NCBI GenBank assembly: GCA_044866005.1 | Contig: JBIOTN010000088.1 | Location: 1 to 56,694 of the forward strand | Source: Candidatus Rokuibacteriota bacterium | GTDB lineage: Bacteria; Methylomirabilota; Methylomirabilia; Rokubacteriales; DASRDR01 | Length of the DNA stretch: 56,694 nucleotides | Direction: 5' to 3' | In this document: positions 9,728 through 22,494 of the stretch, piece after piece | Position numbering within the stretch: the stretch's first letter is position 1 | How the letters are laid out: each line of letters opens with the position of its first letter | Made by a program: the position numbers and the translations under genes | Notes under the pieces: model-generated | Databases searched by the model: none | What the model was told of the DNA's origin: nothing | Seen by the model: the letters and a program-made list of their open reading frames with translations, nothing else

Positions 9728-11929
9728 GTGGCAATCGACGTGGAGCGCGTGCAGGCCACGGACCAGACGCCCGGACCGGGACGGCGCGCGTATCTGACCG
9801 TGCTGGCGCTCCTGGCCCTGTCGTTCATGGTCTTTCAGATCGCCGTGCTCCGCGAGCTGCGCTTTCAGCTGAGCACGATCTTCACGCTGACGCCGTTCCT
9901 CTTCAGTAGCGTCATCGCGTTCATCGGCCTCGGCTCGTTGTGCGCTGGGCGCATCACCTGGAGCTCGCGACGGGTGCTCTGCTGGGGTGTCGCGTCGCTC
10001 CCCGTCGTCGTGCTCCTCGCCTTCGCGCTCACGCTGCTCGTCGCCCAGGCCGCAGTCGACCACGCGACCATGGACCAGGTCACGAACGGCGTGTCGAGCG
10101 ACGCGTCGCGGGCCGCCGTCGGCGACGCCTACATCCGCTCGATCATCCGGGGGGTTGTCGCCGTGTCCCTGCTGGGGTACGGGCCGGTCTTCGTCCTGCA
10201 AGGGCTGATCTTCGCGCTCTATTTCCGGGAGGGCCGGCGGCACCGGATCCTCTCGAACGTCTATGCGGCCGACCTTCTGGCCTCCGGTGGCGGAGCGCTG
10301 GTGGGCGGGGCCTTGAGTTTCGTGATGACGCCGGCGCAAATGGTGCTCGCCGCATCGGCGCTTCTGCTCGTCACCCTCTGGGTATCGTATCGCGCGCTCG
10401 AGCTGCCGCGACGCGTGGTCGCGGCGACGAGCCTCGGCGCCCTCGCCTTGATCACGCTCGAGGTCGCGACGGGCGCGCTCGGGCTGCTGGAAGCGCCGTG
10501 GTGGTTCGGGGAGCCGGCCACATACTCCCGGTGGAGCCGGTACCGCCGGATCGATGCGGTGGAGGGCCCGCGGGACCTCATGGTCTTCGCGGACGGCCTC
10601 CTCTTCCACCTGTACGACAAGCAGGACGCGACGCACGCCCTGGATCCCCGCGCTCGGCTCATTGGAGAAGCGGGCGGTTCGGTGGTGGACGTACTGGTGA
10701 TCGGCGCCGGTACCGGCGCCGATGTCCGGATGCTCCGGAACGTCGCCAGCCAGCCGCTCAACATCGTCGCGGTGGAGCTCGACGGCGGGTTCGTCCGCGC
10801 GGCGCAGGCTTTTCCGTGGTTGTGGCGCCAGTACCGCACGGCCGAGATCATCGTCCAGGAAGGCCGGTATTTCCTCGAGAACGACCCGCGGACGTTCGAC
10901 ACGGTGATCTACGCCTACATCGACCCGCAAGCGGCCATCTCCGACATCGGGCTGCCCGACGCCAACTTCCTCTACACGGACTCGGGGCTCCGCCGGGCTT
11001 ACGCCAAGGTGCGCCCCGGGGGCTACCTCATCGTCACCCGCGTCTTCTTCGTCCACGAGCAGGAAGAATTCGTCCGGCGGCTCTGCGCCACGCTGGAGGC
11101 GGCCGGAGTGCCGCCGGACGAGGTGCGGCTCTATCGGACGAGGCGATCCGGATACCTGGGATACTACGGCGAGACGGCCTCCTTCCACGTCATCGTCAGG
11201 AAGGGCGGACGGCCACCGGAGGTGCAAGACCAGCGGTGGACCCCGGTGGCCTGGAGCGACGGAGGTCGGCCGACCACCGATTTCTTTCCGATCTCGATGG
11301 TCACGGGCGTGTGGTTCGACACGCTCGTCCAGTACATCAAGCGGAGCTCCGCGGCATTGCTCCTGTGCTCGGTCACGCTGCTCGCGTTACTGCTCCGGGT
11401 GTCGACCAGTGTCGGGTACCTGAGCTTCTTCCTCCTCGGCTTCGGGTCGTTCCTCCTCGAGAGCCTCGTGCTCTTCAACAGCTTCCTGCTCCTGGGAGAT
11501 CCGAACCTCAGCGCGGCGGTGGCCGTGGGTGTCTTCCTCGTCTGGAGCGGCGTGGGGAGCCTGCTCTCCGAGCGGTGGGAGCGCTCCCGGTGGCTGCCGG
11601 CGGTCGTGCCGGCCGCGGTCCTCTTCTACGCCGGGACGGCGCCGCTCCTCAATGGCCAGACGATCGCCATGCCCCTCGGCGTGCGGATCCTCGTCTTCGC
11701 GGTCCACCTGTCGGTGGCCGGCGTCGTCGCAGGAGGCATGTTCCCGATCGCGCTGCGGCGCTTCGCGCACGAGCGCGTGACGAGCATGTTCTTCATCGAT
11801 GTCGTCGGGTGCGCGCTCGCCCCGGTCGCCTTCTGGCTGGCCATGAGCGCGGCGGGTATCTGGCCTGTCGCGGCGGGCGCGGTGGCGAGCTACGGAGTGG
11901 CTGCCACGATCGTCGCCGCCCGGCGATGA
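9728..11929 (+). CDS. Polytopic membrane protein with spermidine-synthase-like SAM-binding domain
   Basis: N- and C-terminal TM bundles around VLVIGAGTGADV..VAVELD..QEGRYFL; GTG 9728 after GAGGGGAGGGG. Confidence 0.75.
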   Translation: MAIDVERVQATDQTPGPGRRAYLTVLALLALSFMVFQIAVLRELRFQLSTIFTLTPFLFSSVIAFIGLGSLCAGRITWSSRRVLCWGVASLPVVVLLAFALTLLVAQAAVDHATMDQVTNGVSSDASRAAVGDAYIRSIIRGVVAVSLLGYGPVFVLQGLIFALYFREGRRHRILSNVYAADLLASGGGALVGGALSFVMTPAQMVLAASALLLVTLWVSYRALELPRRVVAATSLGALALITLEVATGALGLLEAPWWFGEPATYSRWSRYRRIDAVEGPRDLMVFADGLLFHLYDKQDATHALDPRARLIGEAGGSVVDVLVIGAGTGADVRMLRNVASQPLNIVAVELDGGFVRAAQAFPWLWRQYRTAEIIVQEGRYFLENDPRTFDTVIYAYIDPQAAISDIGLPDANFLYTDSGLRRAYAKVRPGGYLIVTRVFFVHEQEEFVRRLCATLEAAGVPPDEVRLYRTRRSGYLGYYGETASFHVIVRKGGRPPEVQDQRWTPVAWSDGGRPTTDFFPISMVTGVWFDTLVQYIKRSSAALLLCSVTLLALLLRVSTSVGYLSFFLLGFGSFLLESLVLFNSFLLLGDPNLSAAVAVGVFLVWSGVGSLLSERWERSRWLPAVVPAAVLFYAGTAPLLNGQTIAMPLGVRILVFAVHLSVAGVVAGGMFPIALRRFAHERVTSMFFIDVVGCALAPVAFWLAMSAAGIWPVAAGAVASYGVAATIVAARR

Positions 11930-11948
11930 TCGACCCGCCGGCGGGCGG

Positions 11949-13139
11949 TCAGATCAGGTCGGCGAAGATCGTGTCGGAGAGGAGGACGCCGCGCGGGGTG
12001 AGGGCGAGGCGTCCATCCCGGACCTCCAGGAGGCCGCTCTCGACGTAGCGCTCGAGGGCGCGCCCGAACCGGCCGGCCTCGCCGGCGAGGTGGCCTTCGA
12101 CCCACGCCCGCGGGATCCCCTCGGCCAGGCGGAGCCCGAGGATGATCCGCTCGCCCCGCACCTGCCGGGGCGTCAGCGCCTCGCGCCACGCGATCGGCCA
12201 GCGGCCCGCCCCGATCGCGTCGCGGTAGCGCGTGTGGGCGCGCACGTTGCCGAACCGCGCGGCGCCGAGCGCCGCGTGGGCGCCGGGACCGAGCCCCAGG
12301 TACTCTTCGCGACGCCAGTAGAGGAGGTTGTGGCGGGACCGGAACCCGGGCCGGGCGAAGTTCGAGATCTCGTAGCGCTCGAGCCCCGCGGCCGAGGCCC
12401 GCTCGCACAGCAGGCCGTACTGGGCGGTGACCGCGCCGTCGTCCGGGAGGCCGGCCGGCGGCCGCCGGCCGAAGGCGGTCCCGGGTTCGAGGGTCAGCGC
12501 ATAGGCCGAGAGATGCTCGGGCCGCCAGGCGAGCGCCTCGTCGAGCGTCCGGCGCCACGCGGCGAGGTCCTGGTCCGGGCCGCCGTAGAGGAGGTCGACG
12601 CTCACGTTGTCGAAGCCGGCGGCGCGGGCGTGCTCGAAGGCGCGCCGCGCGGTCGCGGCCGAGTGCTCGCGGCCGAGGCGCCGGAGGAGCGGGTCGTCGA
12701 GCGCCTGGACCCCGAGCGAGAGGCGCGTCACGCCGGCGTCCCGGAACCCGGCGAGGCGGGCCCGGTCGAGGTCCTCCGGGTTCGCCTCGAGCGTCACCTC
12801 GGCGTCAGGGGCGAGGGCGAGCCCGCGGCGGGCGGTCGCGACGAGCGCGCCGATCGCCGGGGGGGGCAGGAGCGACGGGGTGCCGCCGCCGAAGAAGAGG
12901 CTGACCGCGGGCACGCGGCCGGCCCAGGGGAGCGCGGCGTAGCGGGAGAGCTCCCCCTGGAGGGCCGCGACGAACGGGGCGACGCGGTCCTCGCGGTAGA
13001 TCGCCACGTTGAAGTCGCAGTACGGGCAGCGCCGGAGGCAGAAGAGGCAGTGGACGTAGATACCGACCCGCGCCCCCACCGGCCCGGTCTGAAGCTCCGG
13101 CACCTCGAGGGCGTCGGCCCGCGGCTGCGTCAGCAGCAC
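11949..13139 (-). CDS. hemW: Radical SAM heme chaperone (HemN-like)
   Basis: CLRRCPYCDF, FFGGGTPS, EANP, YEISNFA, HNLLYW; start uncertain. Confidence 0.88.
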   Translation of the reverse strand: MLLTQPRADALEVPELQTGPVGARVGIYVHCLFCLRRCPYCDFNVAIYREDRVAPFVAALQGELSRYAALPWAGRVPAVSLFFGGGTPSLLPPPAIGALVATARRGLALAPDAEVTLEANPEDLDRARLAGFRDAGVTRLSLGVQALDDPLLRRLGREHSAATARRAFEHARAAGFDNVSVDLLYGGPDQDLAAWRRTLDEALAWRPEHLSAYALTLEPGTAFGRRPPAGLPDDGAVTAQYGLLCERASAAGLERYEISNFARPGFRSRHNLLYWRREEYLGLGPGAHAALGAARFGNVRAHTRYRDAIGAGRWPIAWREALTPRQVRGERIILGLRLAEGIPRAWVEGHLAGEAGRFGRALERYVESGLLEVRDGRLALTPRGVLLSDTIFADLI

Positions 13140-13176
13140 TGAAGATCCCTGCAGGCGGGGACGCGGGCCGCACCTC

Positions 13177-13296
13177 GCCGCGTCGAGAACCGAGCAGCCC
13201 CAGGACGCAGGGCCGAGGCGGCCCGAGGCGTATGCCGCATACGTTGAGGGTCGCCGAGGCCCGAGGACGCCGGGATGCGACGGTTATCGACGCGGC
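13177..13296 (+). repeat. Repeat family B copy
   Basis: Ends GCCGCGTCGAGAACCG / CGGTTATCGACGCGGC; internal gaggcgtat..atacgttgag. Confidence 0.75.
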
Positions 13297-13299
13297 TGC

Positions 13300-13955
13300 T
13301 CAGTAGATGAGGCGGCCGAGGCGGCCCCACCGCACCCTTTCCCACAGCGCCTTGTCCTCGCGGTCGGAGTCCCAGGACCAGTAGATGACGAAGGCCCGCC
13401 CCTTGATCTTCTCGCGCTTGACGAAGCCCCAGTACCGGCTGTCCTGGCTGTTGTTCCGGTTGTCCCCCATGACGAAGTACGAGCCCGGGGGCACGTGGAC
13501 GGGGCCGAACGTCTCGGTCCCGAGCCCCAGCCGGTCCTCGTAGTACGCCCAGGGCTCCTTGATCGGCTCGCAGCTCGGCGCCGGCGGGCGGCAGTTCACG
13601 AAGACCTGCCGGTCCTTGATGTAGACGTCCTCGCCGCCGACGCCGATCACCCGCTTGATGAAGTCGCGGTGCTCCTCGACGGGGTACTTGAAGACGACGA
13701 CGTCGCCCCGGGCGGGGTCCCGGAAGCGGTAGATGAACTTGTTCACGAGGATGTGGTCGCCGACGAGCAGCGTCGGGATCATCGAGCCGGAGGGGATCTT
13801 GAAGGCCTGGACGACGAAGGTCCGGATCAGGAGCGCGAGGAGGACGGCGATCAGGATGGCTTCGGCGTACTCGCGGACGACGGACTTCTTCCGCACGCGC
13901 GTCACTTCCTGGGGGACGGCGCCCGGTCCGGGCTCGGTGTGGTTGACCGGCCGGG

Positions 13956-13959
<4 letters not shown>
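13300..13959 (-). CDS. lepB: Signal peptidase I
   Basis: [35 protein letters not shown] overlap with lepA stop. Confidence 0.94.
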
Positions 13960-15755
<1,796 letters not shown>

Positions 15756-15783
15756 ACTCGCACGCCCCCCTCTCCTCCTTCCG

Positions 15784-17196
15784 TCATTCCTTCGTCACCT
15801 GCTCCACCAGTGCCGCAGCCGCCGCGTGGAGCGCCTCCACCTCGGCCTCCGTCGGCGCCTCGACGTAGACCCGCAGGAGCGGCTCGGTCCCCGAGGGCCG
15901 CACCAGCACCCAGGCCCCGTCCTCGAGCCAGTACTTCCGGCCGTCCAGCGTCTCGAGCCGGACCACCTTCAGGCGCCCGAGGCGCGCGGGCGGCGCGGCG
16001 TCGAGCCGCGCGACGAGCCGCCGGCCCAGGTCCGGATGGAGGGTGTAGTCGCGTCGGCGGTAGACCGCCGGACCGGCTTCGGCTTCCAGGATCCGGAGAA
16101 GGTCGTGAAGGCTCGTCCCCGAGGCGACGATCGCCTCGAGCACGAAGAGCGCGCTCAGCAGGCCATCCCGCTCGGGCAGGTGGCCGCGAAACCCCACGCC
16201 ACCTGACTCCTCGCCTCCAATGAGAATATCACGGGTCTCCATGAGGGTGGCGATGTGCTTGAACCCGACCGGCGTGACGTGGAGCGGGAGCCCGTGGCGC
16301 TCGCACACGCGGTCGACCTGGACGCCCACCGCGAACCCCTTGACCACCTCGCCCCGGAGGCCGCGCGCCTGGACCAGGTGGCGTGTGAGGAGGGCGAGGA
16401 CTTCGTGGGGCGTGATCCACCGACCGTCCGGCGCGACGATCCCCAGGCGGTCGCCGTCGCCGTCCAGGGCCACGCCGAGGTCGGCGCCGGTCCGCCGGAC
16501 CTCGGCGACGAGCCCGTCCAGGTGCGGCGGAATCGGCTCCGGGTGGAGCCCGCCGAAGAGCGGATCGGGCGTCTCGTGGAGAAGGCGCACCTCGCCCCAT
16601 TCGGGCGGCACGAGCCGGGCGAAGAGGCCGTCCGTCGCGCCGTGGAGCGCGTCCGCGACGACCTGGAGCGGATGGGGCGGGCGACGGCCGGTGAGGATCC
16701 GGGCGCGGAGCCGCTCGACGTAGGCGGGCACGAGGTCGACGCGTTCGACGCCGCCGCCCGGGGCGGCCGGGCCCCGCCGCGGCGGCGTGCCCCCCAGGGC
16801 GCGCTCGACCCGGGTCGTGAACTCCGGCGAGGCCGACCCGCCGAACGCGGCCTTCAGCTTGATGCCGTTGAAGCGCGCGGGGTTGTGGCTGGCCGTGACG
16901 ACGAGTCCGCCCGCCGCGCCGCGGGCCACCACCGTGAACGACACGAGCGGCGTCGGCACGGGGCGGTCGGCGAGGAGGACGCGCCAGCCGTTGGCCGCGA
17001 GGATCTCCGCCGCGAGCTGGGCGACGGCGCGCGAGTTGAACCGCGTGTCGTATCCCACGACGATCCCGCGCGAGCGGTCGCCGTGGACGGCCCACGCGTC
17101 CGCGGCCGCCTGGACGACCAGCGCGGCGTTCGCCTCCGTGAAGTCCTCGGCGATGACCGCGCGCCAGCCGTCCGTCCCGAACTCGATCGCGGTCAC
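15784..17196 (-). CDS. Phosphoglucomutase/phosphomannomutase
   Basis: FGTDGWR, TASHNP, DGDGDR, GEESG, RPSGTEP. Confidence 0.93.
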   Translation of the reverse strand: MTAIEFGTDGWRAVIAEDFTEANAALVVQAAADAWAVHGDRSRGIVVGYDTRFNSRAVAQLAAEILAANGWRVLLADRPVPTPLVSFTVVARGAAGGLVVTASHNPARFNGIKLKAAFGGSASPEFTTRVERALGGTPPRRGPAAPGGGVERVDLVPAYVERLRARILTGRRPPHPLQVVADALHGATDGLFARLVPPEWGEVRLLHETPDPLFGGLHPEPIPPHLDGLVAEVRRTGADLGVALDGDGDRLGIVAPDGRWITPHEVLALLTRHLVQARGLRGEVVKGFAVGVQVDRVCERHGLPLHVTPVGFKHIATLMETRDILIGGEESGGVGFRGHLPERDGLLSALFVLEAIVASGTSLHDLLRILEAEAGPAVYRRRDYTLHPDLGRRLVARLDAAPPARLGRLKVVRLETLDGRKYWLEDGAWVLVRPSGTEPLLRVYVEAPTEAEVEALHAAAAALVEQVTKE

Positions 17197-17245
17197 GTCC
17201 CGCTCGTCCGCCCGCGAGCCGGGCCGGGAGCCGTGCGCCGCATGC

Positions 17246-18322
17246 TCAGCCGGGGGCCGACAGGCGCGAGTAATCGGAGAGCACCGAGCCGTCGCCGAGC
17301 ACCGCGCCGGTGGTCAGCTCGGCGTGCGCGCCGACCCGGCAGCCCCGCCCCACCAGGCACCCGTTCAGCCGGGCGCCGGCGCCGACCTCCACCTCCTCCC
17401 ACAGGACCCCGGCCTCGACGTGGACGCCGGGCCCGATGCGGCAGCCCGCGCCCATGACCACGCCCGGGCCGATGACGGCCTCCGCCTCGAGGCGGCAGGC
17501 CGGCCCGATGACGACCGGCGCCCGCAGGCGGACCGTCCCGTGGAGCTCCGCGGTCGGGTCGAGCCACCCCTCCTGGATCCGGCGGCCGGGCGGCGTCACG
17601 CGGCTCTGGAGCAGGCGGTCGAGGAGGTCCTGATGCGCCTGCTGGTACTTTGCCGTCGTGCCGATGTCGAGCCAGTAGGCTCGCGGGACGTGGCCGATGA
17701 ACGGCACCCGGCGCTCGAGCAAGGCCGGAAAGAAGTCGCGCTCCATCGAATAGGACTGCCCCTTGGGGATGAGCTCGAGCAGCTCGCGCTCCAGGACGTA
17801 GACGCCGGCGTTCACCGTGTTGGTCGTCACCTCGTCCCAGCTCGGCTTCTCCAGGAACCGGCGCACGCGGCCGTCCCGCTCGAGATCCACGAGCCCGTAC
17901 GCCGTCGGGTTCTCGACGGGGGTGAGGTAGATGCTCGCCTTGGCCCGGCGCGTCTCGTGCACGGCGAGCATCGCGCCGAGGTCGAGGTCCGTGAGGACGT
18001 CGCCGTTCAAGACGACGACGCGGCCCTCCACGAGGTCCGTCGCGTTCCGGACCCCGCCGGCCGTGCCGAGCGGCTCGGTCTCGACGGCGTACCGGAGGCG
18101 CACGCCCACGTCGCGCCCGTCGCCCATGACGGCCTGGATGAGCTCCGGCATGTGGGAGACCGACAGGATGATGTCGGTGACCCCGTGGGCTGAGAGCAGC
18201 GCCAGCTGGTGATGGAGGAACGGGACGTTGAGGAGCGGGACGATCGGCTTCGGGCGGTGAAGCGTCAGCGGGCGGAGGCGCGTGCCCCTGCCGCCGGCGA
18301 GGATGACGGCCTGCAGCGCCAT
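17246..18322 (-). CDS. NDP-sugar pyrophosphorylase (mannose-1-phosphate guanylyltransferase-like)
   Basis: ILAGGRGTRLRPLT..PKP, EPLGTAG, FLEKP, C-terminal hexapeptide repeats. Confidence 0.9.
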   Translation of the reverse strand: MALQAVILAGGRGTRLRPLTLHRPKPIVPLLNVPFLHHQLALLSAHGVTDIILSVSHMPELIQAVMGDGRDVGVRLRYAVETEPLGTAGGVRNATDLVEGRVVVLNGDVLTDLDLGAMLAVHETRRAKASIYLTPVENPTAYGLVDLERDGRVRRFLEKPSWDEVTTNTVNAGVYVLERELLELIPKGQSYSMERDFFPALLERRVPFIGHVPRAYWLDIGTTAKYQQAHQDLLDRLLQSRVTPPGRRIQEGWLDPTAELHGTVRLRAPVVIGPACRLEAEAVIGPGVVMGAGCRIGPGVHVEAGVLWEEVEVGAGARLNGCLVGRGCRVGAHAELTTGAVLGDGSVLSDYSRLSAPG

Positions 18323-18348
18323 CGGCTTATCTTCGGAGGGGGCGACGC

Positions 18349-18540
18349 CTAGCGCACCGCGCCCGCGCCGCCGGGCGGCGGGGTCCAGTCCTCGGCCTCC
18401 GCGATGAGCATCACCGGGATGCCGTCCCGGATCGGGTAGGCCTTCCGGCAGGCCGGACAGATGATGCGCGTCTCCTCGAAGAGGAGGTCCCCCTTGCACG
18501 CGGGGCACGCGAGGATCGCCTTCAGCTCTTCGTCGATCAT
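18349..18540 (-). CDS. Trm112/YcaR family protein
   Basis: LACPACKGDL..CPAC..YPIRDGIPVML. Confidence 0.9.
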   Translation of the reverse strand: MIDEELKAILACPACKGDLLFEETRIICPACRKAYPIRDGIPVMLIAEAEDWTPPPGGAGAVR

Positions 18541-18589
18541 GTGGACCTCCGAGGTGTGGGCGGGGCCGCCGAGGCCTCCTCCGCGCGAT

Positions 18590-19522
18590 TCAGCGCGCGA
18601 GCGCCGCGCGGAACCAGTCGATCGTCTTGCGCAGCCCCTCGTCGACCTCCACCCGCGGCTCCCAGCCGAGGAGCGTGCGGGCCCGCGTGATGTCCGGCTG
18701 GCGGACCCGGGGGTCGTCGACCGGGAGCGGCAGGTACGCGAGCTCGCTCGAGCTCCCGGTGAGCCGCAGGATGCGCTTGGCCAGCTCGGCGAGGGTCATC
18801 TCCTGCGGGTTCCCGAGGTTCACGGGGTCGGGGACCGGCGCGTGCATGAGCCGCCAGATGCCGTCCACGAGGTCCGCGACGTACATGAAGGAGCGCGTCT
18901 GCGAGCCATCCCCGTAGATGGTCAGCGGCTCGCCGGTGAGCGCCTGGCGGATGAAGTTCGGGATCGCCCGCCCGTCGTTCATCCTCATCCGTTCGCCATA
19001 GGTATTGAAAATGCGGACGATGCGACTGTCGAGCCCGTGATAGCGGTGGTAGGCCATCGTCATGGCCTCGGCGAAGCGCTTCGCCTCGTCGTACACGCCG
19101 CGGGGCCCCACCGGGTTCACGTGCCCCCAGTAATCCTCGCGCTGCGGGTGCACGAGCGGGTCGCCGTAGACCTCGGAGGTCGACGCGAGGAGGAAGCGGG
19201 CCCGCTTGGCCTTGGCCAGCCCGAGGGCCTTGTGCGTCCCCAGCGCCCCCACCTTGAGGGTCGGGATGGGGAGCTGTTGGTAGTCCACCGGGCTGGCGGG
19301 GCTCGCGAAGTGCAGGACGTAGTCGAGCGGACCAGCGACGTAGATGTAGTTGGTGACGTCGTGCTTGATGAACGTGAAGCGGTCGGAGCGCAGGTGCTCG
19401 ACGTTGTCCGTCGAGCCGGTCAGCAGGTTGTCGAGGCAGACGACCTCGCAGCCCTGCCCGAGGAAGAACTCCGAGAGATGGGAGCCGATGAAGCCGGCTC
19501 CGCCCGTCACCAGGATCCGCAT
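18590..19522 (-). CDS. UDP-glucuronate decarboxylase (UDP-xylose synthase-like SDR)
   Basis: [37 protein letters not shown]. Confidence 0.9.
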   Translation of the reverse strand: MRILVTGGAGFIGSHLSEFFLGQGCEVVCLDNLLTGSTDNVEHLRSDRFTFIKHDVTNYIYVAGPLDYVLHFASPASPVDYQQLPIPTLKVGALGTHKALGLAKAKRARFLLASTSEVYGDPLVHPQREDYWGHVNPVGPRGVYDEAKRFAEAMTMAYHRYHGLDSRIVRIFNTYGERMRMNDGRAIPNFIRQALTGEPLTIYGDGSQTRSFMYVADLVDGIWRLMHAPVPDPVNLGNPQEMTLAELAKRILRLTGSSSELAYLPLPVDDPRVRQPDITRARTLLGWEPRVEVDEGLRKTIDWFRAALAR

Positions 19523-19531
19523 GTGTCACCC

Positions 19532-19567
19532 CTCGGAGGGGGGCTACGCCCCCCTTTCCATCTCCCC
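19532..19567 (+). repeat. Diverged family A hairpin
   Basis: ggaggggggctacgccccctttccatctcccc. Confidence 0.4.
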
Positions 19568-19650
19568 GTCGCGCCTCGTCGCGCCTTCGGCGCGCGAGTT
19601 GCGACACCCCGCCGGGGGGCCGACGGCCCTCGCGGCAGTCGCCGGCGCCC

Positions 19651-19719
19651 TTCTGATTGATTGGCGGCCGGGACTGCGTCCCGGCCGTGGCGGCGAAGGG
19701 ATCGGGCCTGCCTCCCCCC
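19651..19719 (+). repeat. Repeat family C
   Basis: ttctgattgattggcggccgggactgcgtcccggccgtggcggcgaagggatcgggcctgcctcccccc, near-identical to reverse complement of 30255-30323. Confidence 0.8.
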
Positions 19720-19760
19720 GGCCAGGACCGGACAACGGGGTCGCGAGCCTCTCGGCCATG

Positions 19761-21071
19761 CTAGGCGGGGTGGACGGGCTTGCGGCCGATGGAGTGATAC
19801 TCGAACCCCAGCCGCCGCATGCGCTCCGGCTCGTAGACGTTGCGGCCGTCGAAGACGAGAGGCCGCCGCATCACGCCGCGCAGCCGCTCCAGGTTCAGGA
19901 GCTTGAACTCGTTCCACTCCGTCACGATGGCGACCGCATCGGCCCCCTCGGCCGCCTCGTACGAGGACTGGCAGTAGACGACGCCCGGCGGCAGGAGCGC
20001 CTGGGCGTTCGCCGTGGCCACCGGGTCGTAGGCCCGGACGCGGGCGCCGCACTCCACGAGGCCCGTAACGACCTCGATGCTCCGCGCGTCCCGCATGTCG
20101 TCGGTCTTCGGCTTGAAGGCGAGGCCGAGGACGGCGATGACGCGGTCCTCGAGCGGGTCGAGCACCTTCTGGACGAGGGCGACGAAGCGCTGGGCGCGCT
20201 CGCGGTTGGCCTCGACCACCGCGCGCAGCAGCCGGAAGTCGTATCCGAACGCGCTGGCCGTCTGGATGAGCGAGTCCGTGTCCTTCGGGAAGCACGAGCC
20301 CCCGTAGCCCAGCCCGGGCTGGAGGAAGGCCGGCCCGATGCGCGGGTCGAGCCCCATTCCCTTCACCACCTGGGTGACGTCCGCGCCCGCCAGCTCGCAG
20401 ACGTTCGCGATCGCGTTGATGAAGGAGATCTTCGTGGCGAGGAAGGAGTTGGAGGCGTACTTGATCATCTCCGCCGAGGGGACGTCCGTGATGATCATCG
20501 GCCGCTCCAGCGGCGCGTAGAGCTCGAGCAGCGTCATGGCGACCTGCTGGTTGGGCGCGCCGATGACGATGCGGTCCGGGCGCAGCGTGTCCTCGATCGC
20601 CGACCCCTCCCGCAGGAACTCGGGGTTCGAGACGACGTGGAAGTCGACCGGCCGCCGGCGGTTCCGCGCGATGATGTCGCGGACCAGGTCGCCCGTCCCC
20701 ACCGGGACCGTGGACTTGTTGACGATGACCTTGTAGCGGTCCAGCTCCCGCGCGATCCCGAGCGCGACCTCCTCGACCGCGCTGAGGTCCGACTCGCCGG
20801 TCGACTTGGGCGGGGTGCCGACGGCGATGAACACGATGTCCGACCGGCGCACGGCGGGACCGAGCTCGGTGGTGAAGCTGAGGCGGCCGTCGGCGACGTT
20901 CCGCGCGACCAGCTCCTCGAGGCCCGGCTCGTAGATGGGCATCCGGCCGGCCCGGAGCGTGTCGATCTTCGTCGCGTCCTTGTCGACGCAGACGACGTCG
21001 TTGCCGAGGTCGGCGAAGACGGCGCCCGTGACCAGGCCGACGTAGCCGGCTCCCACCACCGCGATGTTCAC
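19761..21071 (-). CDS. ugd: UDP-glucose 6-dehydrogenase
   Basis: GAGYVGL, NKSTVPVGT, SNPEFLREG, GYGGSCFPKD. Confidence 0.94.
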   Translation of the reverse strand: MNIAVVGAGYVGLVTGAVFADLGNDVVCVDKDATKIDTLRAGRMPIYEPGLEELVARNVADGRLSFTTELGPAVRRSDIVFIAVGTPPKSTGESDLSAVEEVALGIARELDRYKVIVNKSTVPVGTGDLVRDIIARNRRRPVDFHVVSNPEFLREGSAIEDTLRPDRIVIGAPNQQVAMTLLELYAPLERPMIITDVPSAEMIKYASNSFLATKISFINAIANVCELAGADVTQVVKGMGLDPRIGPAFLQPGLGYGGSCFPKDTDSLIQTASAFGYDFRLLRAVVEANRERAQRFVALVQKVLDPLEDRVIAVLGLAFKPKTDDMRDARSIEVVTGLVECGARVRAYDPVATANAQALLPPGVVYCQSSYEAAEGADAVAIVTEWNEFKLLNLERLRGVMRRPLVFDGRNVYEPERMRRLGFEYHSIGRKPVHPA

Positions 21072-21107
21072 GCGCGCCGCCTCACGGGGAACGATCCTTG
21101 TGCTGTC

Positions 21108-21137
21108 ATCATAGCGGAAGGGCGCTCAGGGCGGCAA
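21108..21137 (-). promoter_or_regulatory. sigma70 promoter of ugd operon
   Basis: TTGCCG-N18-TATGAT. Confidence 0.5.
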
Positions 21138-21176
21138 GGGAATCCCCGCCGGGCCGCCACGGGAGCGCCTCGACCG

Positions 21177-22427
21177 TCACGCGCGATCCGCCGCGAGCTC
21201 CTGCAGCGTGCCGAGGAGCACGTTGGCGCCGCGCTCGATCGCCGGCCAGTCGCTCCACTCGTCGGGCCGGTGGCTCCGCCCGCCCTGGCTCGGGATGAAG
21301 ACCATGCCCGCATCGGTCACCGCCGCCAGGATCTGGGCGTCGTGGCCCGCGCCGGAGGGCATGCGCTTGACGGGGAGGCCGAGCGACCGGGCCGCGGCCT
21401 CGATCGCGCCCTGCACCCGCGGGGACATCCGGACGGGCTCCGCGCGCACGAGCTCCTCCACCTCGAGCGCGAGGCCGCGCCGCGTGGCGACGCCCCGGGC
21501 GAGCGTCAGGAGCCGCTTCGCCAGGCGATCCAGCACCGCAGGGTCGGTATCGCGCAGCTCCTGGATGAGCGCGGTCCGGGCCGGCACGATGTTCGGGACG
21601 CCCGGCTTGACCTCGACGACGCCGATCGTCGTGACGCTCCGGCCAGCGCCGCCCTTGACGACCGCCTCCCGGCTCTTCGTGGCGTACTCGGCGGCGGTGA
21701 AGAAGGCGTCGCGACGCCGGTCCATCGGCGTCGTGCCCGCGTGGTCGGGCTGGCCGACGAAGGTGAGGCGACGGCGCCGGATCCCGACGATCCCCTCGAC
21801 GATCCCGATGGGGATCCCCTCGGCCTCGAGCCACGGCCCCTGCTCGATGTGGAGCTCGACGTAGGCGGCGATCGTCCGGGGGTCGCGCCGCGCGTCGAGC
21901 GCGCGCTGCAGGTCGAAGCCGGCATGCCGCATCGCCTCGGCGAGCGGCTGACCGGTCGGGTCGGCGAGCCGCGCGCCGAGCGCGAGGTCGAGGCTCCCGG
22001 CCAGCGCGCGCGAGCCGAAGAAGCTGTAAAAGCGCCCCTCCTCGTCGGTGAAGGCGGCGACCTCGACGGGGCGGGCCGGCCGCTGCCCCGCCGCGGCGAG
22101 GGTCCGGAGGCACTCCAGCCCGGCGAGCACGCCGAGCGCCCCGTCGAGCGGGCCGCCCTGGGGCACCGTGTCGATGTGCGAGCCCACCATGACGACGGGG
22201 TGGCCCCCGGCCTCCCCCAGCCGGCCGAGGATGTTCCCCGCCGGATCGACGTGAGCGGCGAGCCCCGCCGCCCGCAGCCGCTCCACCAGCCAGGCGCGCG
22301 CCTCCTCGTGGGCCGGGCTCCAGGCCGGGCGGGAGATGCCGCCCGCCGGGTCGCGCCCGATCCGGGCCAGGGCCTCGATGTCGGCGCGCAGGCGGTCGAG
22401 GTTCACGCGGAGGGGAGTGCCGGTCAT
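21177..22427 (-). CDS. Zn-dependent M20 amidohydrolase (N-carbamoyl-amino-acid/allantoate hydrolase family)
   Basis: GSHIDTV..GG.LDG, DEEG, ELHIEQGP, HAGTTPM, SGAGHDA. Confidence 0.9.
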   Translation of the reverse strand: MTGTPLRVNLDRLRADIEALARIGRDPAGGISRPAWSPAHEEARAWLVERLRAAGLAAHVDPAGNILGRLGEAGGHPVVMVGSHIDTVPQGGPLDGALGVLAGLECLRTLAAAGQRPARPVEVAAFTDEEGRFYSFFGSRALAGSLDLALGARLADPTGQPLAEAMRHAGFDLQRALDARRDPRTIAAYVELHIEQGPWLEAEGIPIGIVEGIVGIRRRRLTFVGQPDHAGTTPMDRRRDAFFTAAEYATKSREAVVKGGAGRSVTTIGVVEVKPGVPNIVPARTALIQELRDTDPAVLDRLAKRLLTLARGVATRRGLALEVEELVRAEPVRMSPRVQGAIEAAARSLGLPVKRMPSGAGHDAQILAAVTDAGMVFIPSQGGRSHRPDEWSDWPAIERGANVLLGTLQELAADRA

Positions 22428-22494
22428 CGGTCCACCTCGTGACGGCGCGACCGTCGCGGCGAAGATCGGTCCCGGACCGAGACCGGGGACTGCC

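Noticed and set aside
13010..13060. Extra Cys in hemW (HCLFC instead of HIPFC)
   Set aside because: CxxxCxxC motif intact; a single variation is not enough to claim altered function
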